Origin: an uncultured Chloroflexia bacterium | Lineage (GTDB): Bacteria > Chloroflexota > Limnocylindria > Limnocylindrales > CSP1-4 | Length of the DNA: 64,000 nucleotides | Direction of reading: 5' to 3' | Assembly (NCBI GenBank): GCA_963715085.1 | Contig: CAVQQU010000005.1 | Span: 30,538 to 94,537, forward strand | The notes under the pieces: model-generated | Database searches by the model: none | What the model was told of the DNA's origin: nothing | The model's input: the letters and a program-made list of their open reading frames with translations, nothing else | Shown here: positions 27,450 through 36,347 of the stretch, one piece after another | Position numbering within the stretch: position 1 is the first letter of the stretch | Layout: each line of letters begins with the position of its first letter | Made by a program: the position numbers and the translations under genes

Positions 27450-30400
27450 CTAGCGGATGGTGAGGTTGCCACCCTTCAGGGGCTGGAACGACGGTCCGGT
27501 GACGAGCGGGCTGACCGCTCCGCCGCTGAAGTCGGTGATCCAGTTGACCGTGAAGGTGTCGGGCTTGGTGCTGCTGCCCTTCTTGCTCGACCCGGAGTCG
27601 GTGAACGTGACCTTGAAGTTCACCGAGTCATCGACGAGTACATAGTCGTAGATGGAGGGGGCGACCTCCTGCCACTGGAACAGCTTGCCGATGCCGCTCG
27701 CGGTCCCGGTCAGCGGGTTCGACGACGTCTTGGCATAGGAGGTGATCTCGCCCTTGAGGCGCCACGCCTGCTTGTCGTGGATGAGGATCTGGCCGCGATA
27801 GGCCTGGTCCCTGTCCGACCACCGAGTGGTCAGGCCGAAGTTCACGTTCTTCGAGGCGCCGGTGATCGGGGTGGGGTTCACGATCTGGTACCAGCCACCG
27901 CCGGTGGCGGCATCGTCCGGCGTGACGATCGTGACGATGCCGTCGGTGTCGGAGGATGCGGCGCATTCGTTCGTCCCGAGGAACTCGACCTTGACGAGGT
28001 AGATCCCCGGGTCGAGGTTGGCCGGCTTCTGGGCCACGGCGGAGTTGCTGGTGCCGCTGGTGACGGCGGCGCCGACGCTTTCACCCGCGTCGCCGAAGTC
28101 TCCATCGCCAGTGAGATCCACGTAGAAGCGGATCGTCTGGCCGCTCACGTCGCAGGCGGCCTGGCCGTCGGCAAGCGTCGCCTTCAGCGTCGGATCGGTC
28201 GGCTCGATCACCTGCGTGTCGCCGCTGTAGGAGATCGTCGTGGGGACCTGTCGGTAGATCGTCACCGTGCTGCTGCCCGTGCTCGTGGCCGCGTCCGTGA
28301 CGCAGACCCACACGGGGTTCGCACCATAGGCGAGCTCGGTGGCGAGGATGTTCGACGTCACGGCCCCGGAGGCGTACGAGCCGCTGTCGACGACGGTGCC
28401 GGTGGTGCAGCTGGTACCCCCGACCCGGACGCTGTAGGACCCGGCCTCAGTCGCGCTCCAGACGGCGTCGACCGAGGACTCGCTCGGCGACACCACGTTG
28501 CCCGGGGCGCTGGTCGGGCTCGTGATGGTGACCGTTGGCGGCGTGAGATCGATCACCCAGGTGAACGAGGCCGGGGTGGCGTCCATGTTGTTGGCCTGGT
28601 CGATCGCCATGACGTAGAAGGTGTGTTCGCCCTCGTCCAGCGGGCCGAAGGTGTCCCCGCTCGTGCACACGAAGCTCGGAGGCTCGTCGATCACACAGCG
28701 GAAGCCGACCACGCCGCTGCCGCTGCCGTCACTGCCGGAGAAGGCGAACGTCGGGCTGGTGTCGAGGCTCGGGTTGCTCGGGTGGGACGTGATCGTGGTG
28801 TTCGGCGCGGTCGCGTCGATCGTCCAGGTGCGCGAGGCCGGGGAGGGGTCCGCGTTGTCGGCGCGGTCGACCGCCCGCACGTAGAACGTGTGCTGGCCGT
28901 CGGCCAGGGGGCCGAAGGTGGCGCCGCTCGCGCAGGTCGAGGGGCCCCCGCCGTCGAGCCAGCACTCGAAGTGGTCGATGCTCGTGATCGCGTCCGTCCC
29001 GGAGAAGGAGAACGTCGGCGTCTCGTCGTCGGTCAGGCCACTCGGGCCGCCCGTGATCGACGTGGTCGGCGGGCTGGTATCGACCTGGAACGTGTCGGTG
29101 TCAGGGGTCGGGTCGACGTTCCCCGCGACGTCGATCGCCCGCACGCGGAATGTGTGCTCGCCGTCGGTCAGCGGCATGAGTGTCAGCGGGCTCTCACAGG
29201 TTGAGAAGTCCATCGAGTCGATCCGGCACTCGAAGGAGGCGATGCCACTGCCGTCGCCGTCGTCGCCGGTGAAGCTGAACGTCGGCGTGTCGTCGTCGGA
29301 GATGTAGAGCGGGTGGGCCGTGATCGTGGTGGTAGGCGGGTCCGTGTCGGCCAGGCAGTCGAGGACGAGCGCGAGATCGGTGACCGGCGGCGGGATCGTC
29401 AGCACGCCGGTCTCGACGAAGGCGCCGCCGCCCGGTGCGCTGCAGCCGACCTTCTCGGCCCGCACCTTGTAGTAGCCGGCGACCACGTCCCAGCCGAAGA
29501 GCCCATCCGCGCTGGTCAGATCCGGGTTCGAGCGATTTCCCGGACTCATGATCGAACTCCCGTCAGCCACCACCACGAACGGGCCGTCCGGGTCGACCGA
29601 GCGATAGAGGGTGACGGTCGCGCCCACCACCGGATCGCCAGACGTATCTCGCACGACGCCGCTCGGGTCGATGTAGAGCGTGAACGACCCTTCCACATCG
29701 GGGTCGTCTGGATAGTCGATCCTGAACGAGATCAACGCTGTTCCATGGTGCGGGTAGGGCGCGGCGAACGTGCCCGTGTACGTGCCGCTGGAAGCCGGGG
29801 TCTCGACCAGCGGGATCGTCTGCACGTAGCCGTCGCTCGTCGTGAGCGTGGCCGTCCCCGTTCCGCCGCTGCGGCCGGTCGTGGTGACGGTCAGCGGGTC
29901 GTGCCAGTAGACGGTCGGCGTTCCCGACGTCTGTGTGCCGCTGCCCTCGGTTTCGACGGATGTGCCCGGCGGGATCGGAACCGGTGGGAACGGGACCTCG
30001 AACCCGCAATTGGTGCCGTTGCCGCCTTCGTCCTTCTGCTGGACCCCCACGTTGGTTCCGACCGTGATGTCGTACACGGCCGAGAAATCAGCCGCCCACT
30101 CGCCGCTGCCATCGGCTGTCGCGACGACACCCTCCCCGTCTTCAGCGCCACTGACGTCCACCCACACTTCGGTGCCCGGGTCGGCTGTCCCACGGACGAC
30201 GTCGGTCGCGGTGTCCACGTCGGTGATCGAGATGGCTCTCACCGTGTGCGTCCGGGTAATCGCACCGTAGGTCACGGTGATGAGCCATCCCGGCTGGAGG
30301 CCGGGGAACACGCCGCCACCCTCGAAGAAGCCCTCGGCGTTCGTTGCGAGAGGCAGCGTGATATCGGGCTTCTCCCCAGTCACAGGATCGTCGGCGGTGA

Positions 30401-33098
30401 CCGTCAGGTCAACCTCAGCAGGCCAGCCCCAACCGGCCAGGCCACGCCAGTCCAGGAACACCAGGAAGGATGGTGGCCGGGCGTCGATCTGCGTCTGGTC
30501 GCCGTCCTCATCGGCCTGGTAGGTGTAGGTCATCATCGGCGGCAGGATGTCGAACGCGGGATCTCCGTCCGCGCTCGGGACGGAGAAGTCCGCCGTCCAT
30601 GCTCCCGCGCCGTCCGACGTCACGTTGCGCAGCGGCCATGCCTGAAGCTGATCGTCCCCCACGAAGACGACCGTCTCGGTGTTCGGCGATCCAACGCCGG
30701 AGACCGTGTCGGCCACCGGGTCGATCAGGGTCACCGTGAGGTCGATGACCTCATGAGTCTTGGCCGTCGTTCCCTGGGAGACGGTGACGACGTGGCCCGT
30801 CTGGATGTTGAAGGGAATGTCGTAGAGCTCGAAGCGCCCGTCGCCGTCGGTCTCGGCGGTCGTGGAGAAGTTGACCGCCCCAGCGACTTCGGGGTCGTCG
30901 ATCTCGATCGTGACCTCGGAGTCCGGCGCCCACTCCTGGCCCCACATGTGTTCGGGAGGCTCGATGGGGCTCACCGAGAAGAACGATGTCGGCAGGGGCG
31001 CAACCTCGGCCTCGACCACGGAGGCGCCTTCGCCACCTGGAATGTCGTTCCAGCCGATCGGGGGCCGGTTCTCGATCTCCGCGAAGTCCTCGCCGAGGTA
31101 GTCGTTCGGCTCACTGGAGAACCAGTTCGTGTACGTCACCGGTTCGCCGCTCGACCACACCCAAACGCCCTCGACGGCGATGTCGCTGAGGCCGATCCAG
31201 TACCACGTCCCGAACGTCGCCACGACCCAGTCGTTCTCGGCGGAGTCGTTGATGGTCACGAGGTGGCCGCCGAGCGAGACCGCGTGGGCCTCGGCATCGG
31301 CCCACGACATGCCGTCCTCGACGTACACGTAGTAGTGGCCCGTGGCGGGGTTGAGCTGCCACCCGTCGGGCCGGGGAACCTCCCAGTCGTACACCGTGCT
31401 GTCGGCATCGGCGTCGAATTGCTCGGCGCCTCCGGAGGTGCCTGGCACGATGTCGAACACCCACTCGTCAGGACCCGTCACCGAGAAGTCCGCCATCCAG
31501 TTCCCGGAGCCGTCCGCAGTGAAGTAGCGGTTCGCGCCCTCCGTGTAGACGGTCACCGGGCTGCCGGGTGTGGGCACGGTCCCGGACACCTGGTCGGTAT
31601 CGACGTCCACGGAGGTGACCTCGATGTCGATCACGGTGTGGGACTTCGTGGTGGCCCCGTCGGTCACGGTGACGATGTCGCCCGGCTTGGCCTCGTACTC
31701 GATGCCGACCCCGCCGCCGATGCCATCGTTGTCGGTCGGGACGACATCGAACATGGTCTGGTAGTCCGGGGAAACCACCGTCGCGGGATCGTTGATGGTC
31801 GCCGTGAGGGTGGTGGCGACTGGCCAGAACTTGACGAAGATGCTGGCCGACCCGTCGGAAGAACGGTGCACCTCGAACGCAGTTTCGTCGAAGTCACGAC
31901 TGATGGTGTTCGTCACGGTCACGGTGACCGCGACCGTCTCGTCGCCCTGGGCGATCGTCGCCGGGCTGCCGGAGATCGATGGGCCGTCGAACGTCCAGCC
32001 GCCGGGAGCTGTCGGCAGGTTCGGCTCGCTGACGACGCAGGACGTCCCGGTCGGGATGCCGCCGATCGTCGCGCTGCCGCCTGCGGGGAGGTCGACCGTC
32101 CCGTCGTGGGCGGTCCCGTCGTCGCAGTCGTAGCTGATGGCGAACGTGCCGGTGAAGCCCGAGGTGAGCGGGTCGAAGACCTTGCTGATCTTGAGGGAGC
32201 CCTCCGTCGCCTTCAAGGCGATGCTGTGATAGCCACCGGCCGCGATGGCGGTGACGCCGGTGAGCCCCGCCGGCACGGTCGTCTGCCCCTCGACGTTCCG
32301 ACCCCAGGCCACCACCGTGCCGTCGTTCTTCAGCGCGAGGCTGTGGGAGAGCCCGGCCGCGATCGCGGTGACGCCGGTGAGCCCGACCGGCACGTTCGTC
32401 TGCCCCCAGCCGTTTTCGCCCCAGGCCACCACTGTGCCGTCGGCCAGCAGCGCGAGGCTGTGGTAGCCACCGGCTGCGATCGCAGTGACGCCGGTGAGCC
32501 CCGCGGGCACGGTCGTTATCCCCCAGGCGACCACCGTGCCGTCGTTCTTCAGCGCGAGGCTAAAGCGGAACCCGGCTGCGATCGCGGTGACCCCGCTGAG
32601 CCCCGCGGGCACGGTCGCTTGTCCGTTGATGTTGTCGCCCCAGGCCACCACCGTGCCGTCGTTCTTCAGCGCGAGGCTGTGGAAGTGCCCGGCCGCGATC
32701 GCGGTGACCTCGGTGAGCCCCGCGGGCACGTTCGTCTGCCCGGAGAAGTTGAGGCCCCAGGCCACCACCGTGCCGTCGGCCATCAGCGCGAGGCTGTGGG
32801 AGTACCCGGCTGCGATCGCGGTGACCCCGCTGAGCCCCGCGGGCACGGTCGCTTGTCCGTTGATGTTGTCGCCCCAGGCCACCACCGTGCCGTCGGCCAT
32901 CAGCGCGAGGCTGTGGGAGTACCCGGCTGCGATCGCGGTGACCGCGGTGAGCCCCGCGGGCACGGTCGCTTGTCCGTAGGTGTTGTCGCCCCAGGCCACC
33001 ACCGTGCCCGGGGGTGATGCTGCGAGAGCCACCCCGGGCACCCCTGGGCCACTCAATACGAGCATGGTGGCGGCAACCGCCGCAACGATCCGTCTCAC
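27450..33098 (-). CDS. Giant exported multidomain protein: 7x RCC1-like repeats, prealbumin-like domain, repeated beta-sandwich modules, C-type lectin domain, CarboxypepD_reg-like domain, 3x Ig-like repeats
   Basis: A single uninterrupted ORF. GGAGG lies 7 nt before the GTG at 33098, followed by signal peptide VRRIVAAVAATMLVLSGPGVPGVALAA. Seven ~39-aa GTVVAWGxNxxGQxxVPAGLxxVTAIAAGxxHSLAL repeats are present. The lectin segment carries EPN and WND motifs. Three repeats of the form PPTTxIT...TPTFxFxG...FxCxxD...G.HTFxVxAxDxAxNxDxxP follow. No LPXTG motif or C-terminal TM is present. Confidence 0.9.
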   Translation of the reverse strand: MRRIVAAVAATMLVLSGPGVPGVALAASPPGTVVAWGDNTYGQATVPAGLTAVTAIAAGYSHSLALMADGTVVAWGDNINGQATVPAGLSGVTAIAAGYSHSLALMADGTVVAWGLNFSGQTNVPAGLTEVTAIAAGHFHSLALKNDGTVVAWGDNINGQATVPAGLSGVTAIAAGFRFSLALKNDGTVVAWGITTVPAGLTGVTAIAAGGYHSLALLADGTVVAWGENGWGQTNVPVGLTGVTAIAAGLSHSLALKNDGTVVAWGRNVEGQTTVPAGLTGVTAIAAGGYHSIALKATEGSLKISKVFDPLTSGFTGTFAISYDCDDGTAHDGTVDLPAGGSATIGGIPTGTSCVVSEPNLPTAPGGWTFDGPSISGSPATIAQGDETVAVTVTVTNTISRDFDETAFEVHRSSDGSASIFVKFWPVATTLTATINDPATVVSPDYQTMFDVVPTDNDGIGGGVGIEYEAKPGDIVTVTDGATTKSHTVIDIEVTSVDVDTDQVSGTVPTPGSPVTVYTEGANRYFTADGSGNWMADFSVTGPDEWVFDIVPGTSGGAEQFDADADSTVYDWEVPRPDGWQLNPATGHYYVYVEDGMSWADAEAHAVSLGGHLVTINDSAENDWVVATFGTWYWIGLSDIAVEGVWVWSSGEPVTYTNWFSSEPNDYLGEDFAEIENRPPIGWNDIPGGEGASVVEAEVAPLPTSFFSVSPIEPPEHMWGQEWAPDSEVTIEIDDPEVAGAVNFSTTAETDGDGRFELYDIPFNIQTGHVVTVSQGTTAKTHEVIDLTVTLIDPVADTVSGVGSPNTETVVFVGDDQLQAWPLRNVTSDGAGAWTADFSVPSADGDPAFDILPPMMTYTYQADEDGDQTQIDARPPSFLVFLDWRGLAGWGWPAEVDLTVTADDPVTGEKPDITLPLATNAEGFFEGGGVFPGLQPGWLITVTYGAITRTHTVRAISITDVDTATDVVRGTADPGTEVWVDVSGAEDGEGVVATADGSGEWAADFSAVYDITVGTNVGVQQKDEGGNGTNCGFEVPFPPVPIPPGTSVETEGSGTQTSGTPTVYWHDPLTVTTTGRSGGTGTATLTTSDGYVQTIPLVETPASSGTYTGTFAAPYPHHGTALISFRIDYPDDPDVEGSFTLYIDPSGVVRDTSGDPVVGATVTLYRSVDPDGPFVVVADGSSIMSPGNRSNPDLTSADGLFGWDVVAGYYKVRAEKVGCSAPGGGAFVETGVLTIPPPVTDLALVLDCLADTDPPTTTITAHPLYISDDDTPTFSFTGDDGDGSGIASFECRIDSMDFSTCESPLTLMPLTDGEHTFRVRAIDVAGNVDPTPDTDTFQVDTSPPTTSITGGPSGLTDDETPTFSFSGTDAITSIDHFECWLDGGGPSTCASGATFGPLADGQHTFYVRAVDRADNADPSPASRTWTIDATAPNTTITSHPSNPSLDTSPTFAFSGSDGSGSGVVGFRCVIDEPPSFVCTSGDTFGPLDEGEHTFYVMAIDQANNMDATPASFTWVIDLTPPTVTITSPTSAPGNVVSPSESSVDAVWSATEAGSYSVRVGGTSCTTGTVVDSGSYASGAVTSNILATELAYGANPVWVCVTDAATSTGSSTVTIYRQVPTTISYSGDTQVIEPTDPTLKATLADGQAACDVSGQTIRFYVDLTGDGDFGDAGESVGAAVTSGTSNSAVAQKPANLDPGIYLVKVEFLGTNECAASSDTDGIVTIVTPDDAATGGGWYQIVNPTPITGASKNVNFGLTTRWSDRDQAYRGQILIHDKQAWRLKGEITSYAKTSSNPLTGTASGIGKLFQWQEVAPSIYDYVLVDDSVNFKVTFTDSGSSKKGSSTKPDTFTVNWITDFSGGAVSPLVTGPSFQPLKGGNLTIR
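32201..33011. repeat. 117-nt periodic intragenic DNA repeats (RCC1-like blades), some units near-identical
   Basis: For example, the ~75-nt string GTGACCCCGCTGAGCCCCGCGGGCACGGTCGCTTGTCCGTTGATGTTGTCGCCCCAGGCCACCACCGTGCCGTC occurs at about 32588 and about 32821. Confidence 0.85.
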
Positions 33099-33121
33099 GA
33101 CGCGACCTCCCAAGGGAGCCT

Positions 33122-33204
33122 CGCGGGTCGGTCTCGCCAGTGGCTCGGCGCGGTCCCGGCGGCCGGAGTGTGGACCGCGTGTCAGAGCCTCCCGCCAACT
33201 GGTC
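33122..33204 (-). promoter_or_regulatory. Conserved structured 5' leader, copy 1 (upstream of giant gene)
   Basis: The sense RNA is ACCAGUUGGCGGGAGGCUCUGACACGCGGUCCACACUCCGGCCGCCGGGACCGCGCCGAGCCACUGGCGAGACCGACCCGCG. It ends 23 nt before the GUG start. See findings. Confidence 0.7.
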
Positions 33205-33391
33205 ACCGTAGGCGGCGGTCATCAGTCTGGCGAGAGCCAGATGGCCCGGCCGCCCGGTGCGAAGCCGGGCCTGGAGCCGCCCCCGCTCCGGCTGGGACGC
33301 ACGGGCGCTGACGCCACCTCGTGACGACACGCTAACTGGACACGTTTCGCTCGGGCCGCTGAGCACGGTGCTGTTACGCATAGCCGTTCCG

Positions 33392-33456
33392 GCCTTCCAA
33401 GCTGCATGTCGCGGGTTCGATCCCCGTCTCCCGCTCCACTCCCCGGTTTCGTGCTC
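33392..33456 (+). repeat. Right copy of 65-bp direct repeat: truncated pseudo-tRNA-Gly (3' half only)
   Basis: Identical to 27125-27189 apart from TTCGAAC>TTCGATC in the T-loop and CCCCTGTTT>CCCCGGTTT. No 5' half is present upstream. Confidence 0.9.
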
Positions 33457-33466
33457 GGGACGCTAC

Positions 33467-34432
33467 TCACTCACCGTTCGCCACGACGATGACGACCTTG
33501 CCTTGAGCGTGCCCCCGGTCCAGATACCGAAAGGCATCGGCGGTCTCAGCCAGCGGATACGTCCGGTCGAGGACCGGCGTGACCCGTCCGGCCTCGACCA
33601 GCTCCTTGAGGGCGATCAGGTCGGCGTGGTTCGGTGTCGAGACGAACGCGCGCTCCACCTGGCGCACGAACAGTGGCATCAAGAACGCTTTCAGGATGTA
33701 GCCCATGCCGGCATGCCCGCTGTTGGGCATCAGCTTCCCCCCTGGCTCGAGCACGCGCCTGTAGTCCGCGAACGAGTGACTCGCAACGTTGTCGAGGATC
33801 AAGTCGTAGCGCAGATCGCGCTCGGTGAAGTCCTCCTTGGTGTAGTCGATGACATGGTCCGCCCCGATCGATCGGATCATGTCCACGTTCGGCGAGCTGC
33901 AGACGCCGGTCACCTCCGCCCCGAGGGCCTTGGCGATCTGCACGGCGAAGGTGCCCACGCCCCCCGACGCTCCGTTGATCAGGACCTTCTGCCCGGGCTG
34001 CACCTTGCCGTGATCGCGAAGCGCCTGCAGCGCGGCCAGGGCCGACGTCGGCACGGCCGCGGCCTGCTCGAACGTCAGGTTGAGCGGTTTGTGCGCGAGC
34101 TTGCCCTCAAGGGCGACCGCATACTCGGCGCACGAGCCGCGGCACTCCCCGTACACCTCGTCACCAGGCAGGAACCGGGTCACATCCTTGCCGACCGACT
34201 CGACGACTCCCGCGCAATCGAGCCCGACGACGAAGTCCTTCTTGGGCTTCGGGAACCCGACGTACATCCGGATGGGGAACGGCGCGCCACGCATGGCGAA
34301 GTAGTCACCGGCGGCAAGTGATGCCGCATGGACACGCATCAGGACGTCGCCATCAGCGGCGACCGGCCTGTCGATCTCCCTCGGTTGGAGCACGTCCGCC
34401 GAGCCGTAGCCGACCTGGACGACTGCCTTCAT
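33467..34432 (-). CDS. Zinc-type alcohol dehydrogenase / NADPH:quinone oxidoreductase family (MDR)
   Basis: [15 protein letters not shown]...; [23 protein letters not shown]. Its ATG overlaps the upstream paralogue's stop (ATGA at 34429-34432). Confidence 0.85.
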   Translation of the reverse strand: MKAVVQVGYGSADVLQPREIDRPVAADGDVLMRVHAASLAAGDYFAMRGAPFPIRMYVGFPKPKKDFVVGLDCAGVVESVGKDVTRFLPGDEVYGECRGSCAEYAVALEGKLAHKPLNLTFEQAAAVPTSALAALQALRDHGKVQPGQKVLINGASGGVGTFAVQIAKALGAEVTGVCSSPNVDMIRSIGADHVIDYTKEDFTERDLRYDLILDNVASHSFADYRRVLEPGGKLMPNSGHAGMGYILKAFLMPLFVRQVERAFVSTPNHADLIALKELVEAGRVTPVLDRTYPLAETADAFRYLDRGHAQGKVVIVVANGE

Positions 34433-35419
34433 GGCGTTCCCCCGATGACGACAACGATGTTCCCCAGCTTCTGGCCGGTCTCGGCGTACCGGTGCGCCTC
34501 GACCATCTGCTCGAGCGGGAAGCTCCGGTCGACGATCGGGCGCAGTCGCCCCGCTTCGACCAGGCCGCGCAGGTAGGCAAGGTCCTCGCCCGTCGAGCGC
34601 GATGGAATGAACGACACCCGCTTCCTGCTTCCCCTCGCCGCCCACCGGGCGCGAACGATCTGCAGGAAGCCCGGATTGGCCATGAGCAGCCATCCGTTCT
34701 CGGTCAGCCGACCTCACCATGCGAGCGGACGGTGTGCCGCGGACCACGTCGAAGATGACGTCGTAGGTCTCGGGGCCGGCGGTGAAGTCCTCCTGGGCGT
34801 AGTCGATGACGCGATCCGCGCCGATCGCGCGCAGCATCTCCAGCTTGGGCGCACGGTCCACCGCGGTCACGTGCGCCCCGAGGTCCTTGGCGAGCTGGAC
34901 CGCGAACGTGCCGAAGCTCCCTCCCGCGCCGTTGACGAGGACGCGCTGCCCGCTGCGGACGTTCGCCTTCCGCAGGAACGCCAGGGCCTCGCCTCCCCCG
35001 TAGGGGACGGCCGCGGCCTCCGCGTAGTCCAGGTTCGCCGGCATCGTCGTGATCGCCCCGGTCTGGGGGTTCTCGCGCAGGCAGATGTACTCCGCGTAGG
35101 CTCCCAGGGGGATGCCCGTCGCCGCGAAGACCCGGTCGCCCTTCCTGAGCGACCTGACCTTCTTGCCGACCGCGTCGACGTCACCGGCGAGCTCCTGCCC
35201 GAGCACGCGTCGTCGCGGTTTGCGGATGCCGAACGCCAGCCGCATGGGCACCCAGATCCAGGGGGCGAAGTCGAACCTCCGCAGCTCGCAATCGGCCGCG
35301 CTGACCGTCGTGGCGCGGATCCGGACCAGCACCTCGTCGTCCTTCGGAACCGGCTTTCGCACGTCCCGAAGTCGAAGGACATCCGGTGGCCCGTAGGCCT
35401 GGCACACGATCGCTCTCAT
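34429..35419 (-). pseudogene. Second MDR quinone-oxidoreductase paralogue, one apparent frameshift near 34690-34740
   Basis: MRAIVCQAYGPPDVLRL...VNGAGGSFGTFAVQLAKDLGAHV is in ORF 33467..35419. The C-terminus ...[49 protein letters not shown] is in ORF 34429..34683. Confidence 0.8.
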
Positions 35420-35534
35420 GGGTCTCCACTTCGTTCAGTCCGTCAAGAGGCGCAGGTCAGCGTACTTCCGCCCACCCGGTGCGCGTCCCATCACGGCAAG
35501 CCGGAGCGGAGCGCCCGGTGCGGATCCGGGCTGG

Positions 35535-36218
35535 CTACTTCACCTGCTGCTTCGACACCGCGGTCGCGTACTTGTTGATCTGCTCGGGAGTCACCGGATT
35601 CTTGAGTTTCCAGCCCCAGGCGCCCGTGGTCCAGAACTTCGCGCCTGGGCACTTCGGGGTGGCGCTTGTCAGGACCTTCTTCTGGAGGACCTTGCCGGTC
35701 GCCGCGACGACGACGCGGACCGTCACCTTGTCCTGGTATCGGACGACCTCGCCGACCTCGCCAGCCTCCGTCTTGTAGAGGCCGCACGTGCCCGCCTTCT
35801 TGTCTGCGCTGTCGTAGCACACGACGAGCTGGATCGGGCTCGGCCATGGCCAGCCACTCGTCCGGAACCCCTCGTTGATGTCGACGTCGTAGGCCAGCCA
35901 CCCGTTGTTCATATCGAAGACGACAAGGGGGTGGACCTCGCCGGCATAGGGCGCGGCTCCCGGCACGGGCGTCCCGCCGTAGCAGGCATCGAAGAGCTCG
36001 AGCCGGAGATCCCGTTCGACCTCCCAGTTGACGTCCAAGCCCCCCTCTGGCCAGCCGCTCGACCATGGGCTTGGCTCGGGGGTGGGCGTGGGCTCGGGGC
36101 GTGGGGTGATCTGCCGCGGCGTGGCGGAGGGTGAGGACGCCCCGCAGCCAGCAAGCACCACGACGGCCAAGACGCAGATGAGCAGCTGCCGACGGTGGGA
36201 GCGCGAGACCGCGTCCAT
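35535..36218 (-). CDS. Lipoprotein of unknown function (paralogue 1)
   Basis: GGGGAGG lies upstream of the ATG. Lipobox VVVLAGC, then a Pro/Thr linker. Conserved motifs are shared with the next gene. Confidence 0.7.
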   Translation of the reverse strand: MDAVSRSHRRQLLICVLAVVVLAGCGASSPSATPRQITPRPEPTPTPEPSPWSSGWPEGGLDVNWEVERDLRLELFDACYGGTPVPGAAPYAGEVHPLVVFDMNNGWLAYDVDINEGFRTSGWPWPSPIQLVVCYDSADKKAGTCGLYKTEAGEVGEVVRYQDKVTVRVVVAATGKVLQKKVLTSATPKCPGAKFWTTGAWGWKLKNPVTPEQINKYATAVSKQQVK

Positions 36219-36347
36219 GACCTCCCCTTCCGAGATGCCCGCTGCGGGAAACGTCGCAGCCAGCCATGTTGCCGACGAGAGCCGAACGGCCCCCCAGGAC
36301 GCCCAATGCGTGTCCTGTCCTCCGGGAATGGCAGAGCGCCGGGTGGC

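Noticed and set aside
29313-33017. A 1,234-aa ORF on the + strand, antisense to the giant gene. Other very long overlapping ORFs were also seen (310..1911 +, 2030..3694 -, 11878..14211 +, 16775..19132 -, 41336..44287 +, 41478..43043 -).
   Set aside because: These have the Arg/Pro/Gly/Ala-dominated composition typical of off-frame or antisense translation of high-GC DNA. Each is shadowed by an ORF with recognisable motifs on the other strand or frame, and none has a start context or domain signature.
33122-33204. Possible identity of the leader with a cobalamin riboswitch (the GCCACUG box), or with c-di-GMP-II (ACCGACC-like tail), ykkC, ZTP or SAH classes.
   Set aside because: Only short isolated strings match. 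The remaining conserved cores of those classes, as I remember them (for example GGGAAG/GGUG for B12, GGUCCGAGAG for ykkC), are absent. I cannot run a covariance-model search, so the element is left unclassified rather than assigned.
33099-33206. N-terminal extensions in the ORF track (MTSWREALTRGPHSGRRDRAEPLARPTREAPLGGRV..., MAGGSDTRPKPWPPGPRRATGETDPRMAPQGGR..., and the 72-aa ORF 41425..41643).
   Set aside because: These are translations of the conserved leader element. The element is read in different frames in different copies. Good Shine-Dalgarno sites and signal peptides begin downstream at 33098, 37740 and 43174.
27172-33391. Search for an integrase, excisionase or transposase inside the tRNA-flanked insert.
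   Set aside because: No ORF in any frame shows recombinase-like motifs. The insert is filled by the giant gene plus about 600 bp of non-coding sequence. It is therefore reported as an integrase-less insertion, not as a confirmed mobile element.
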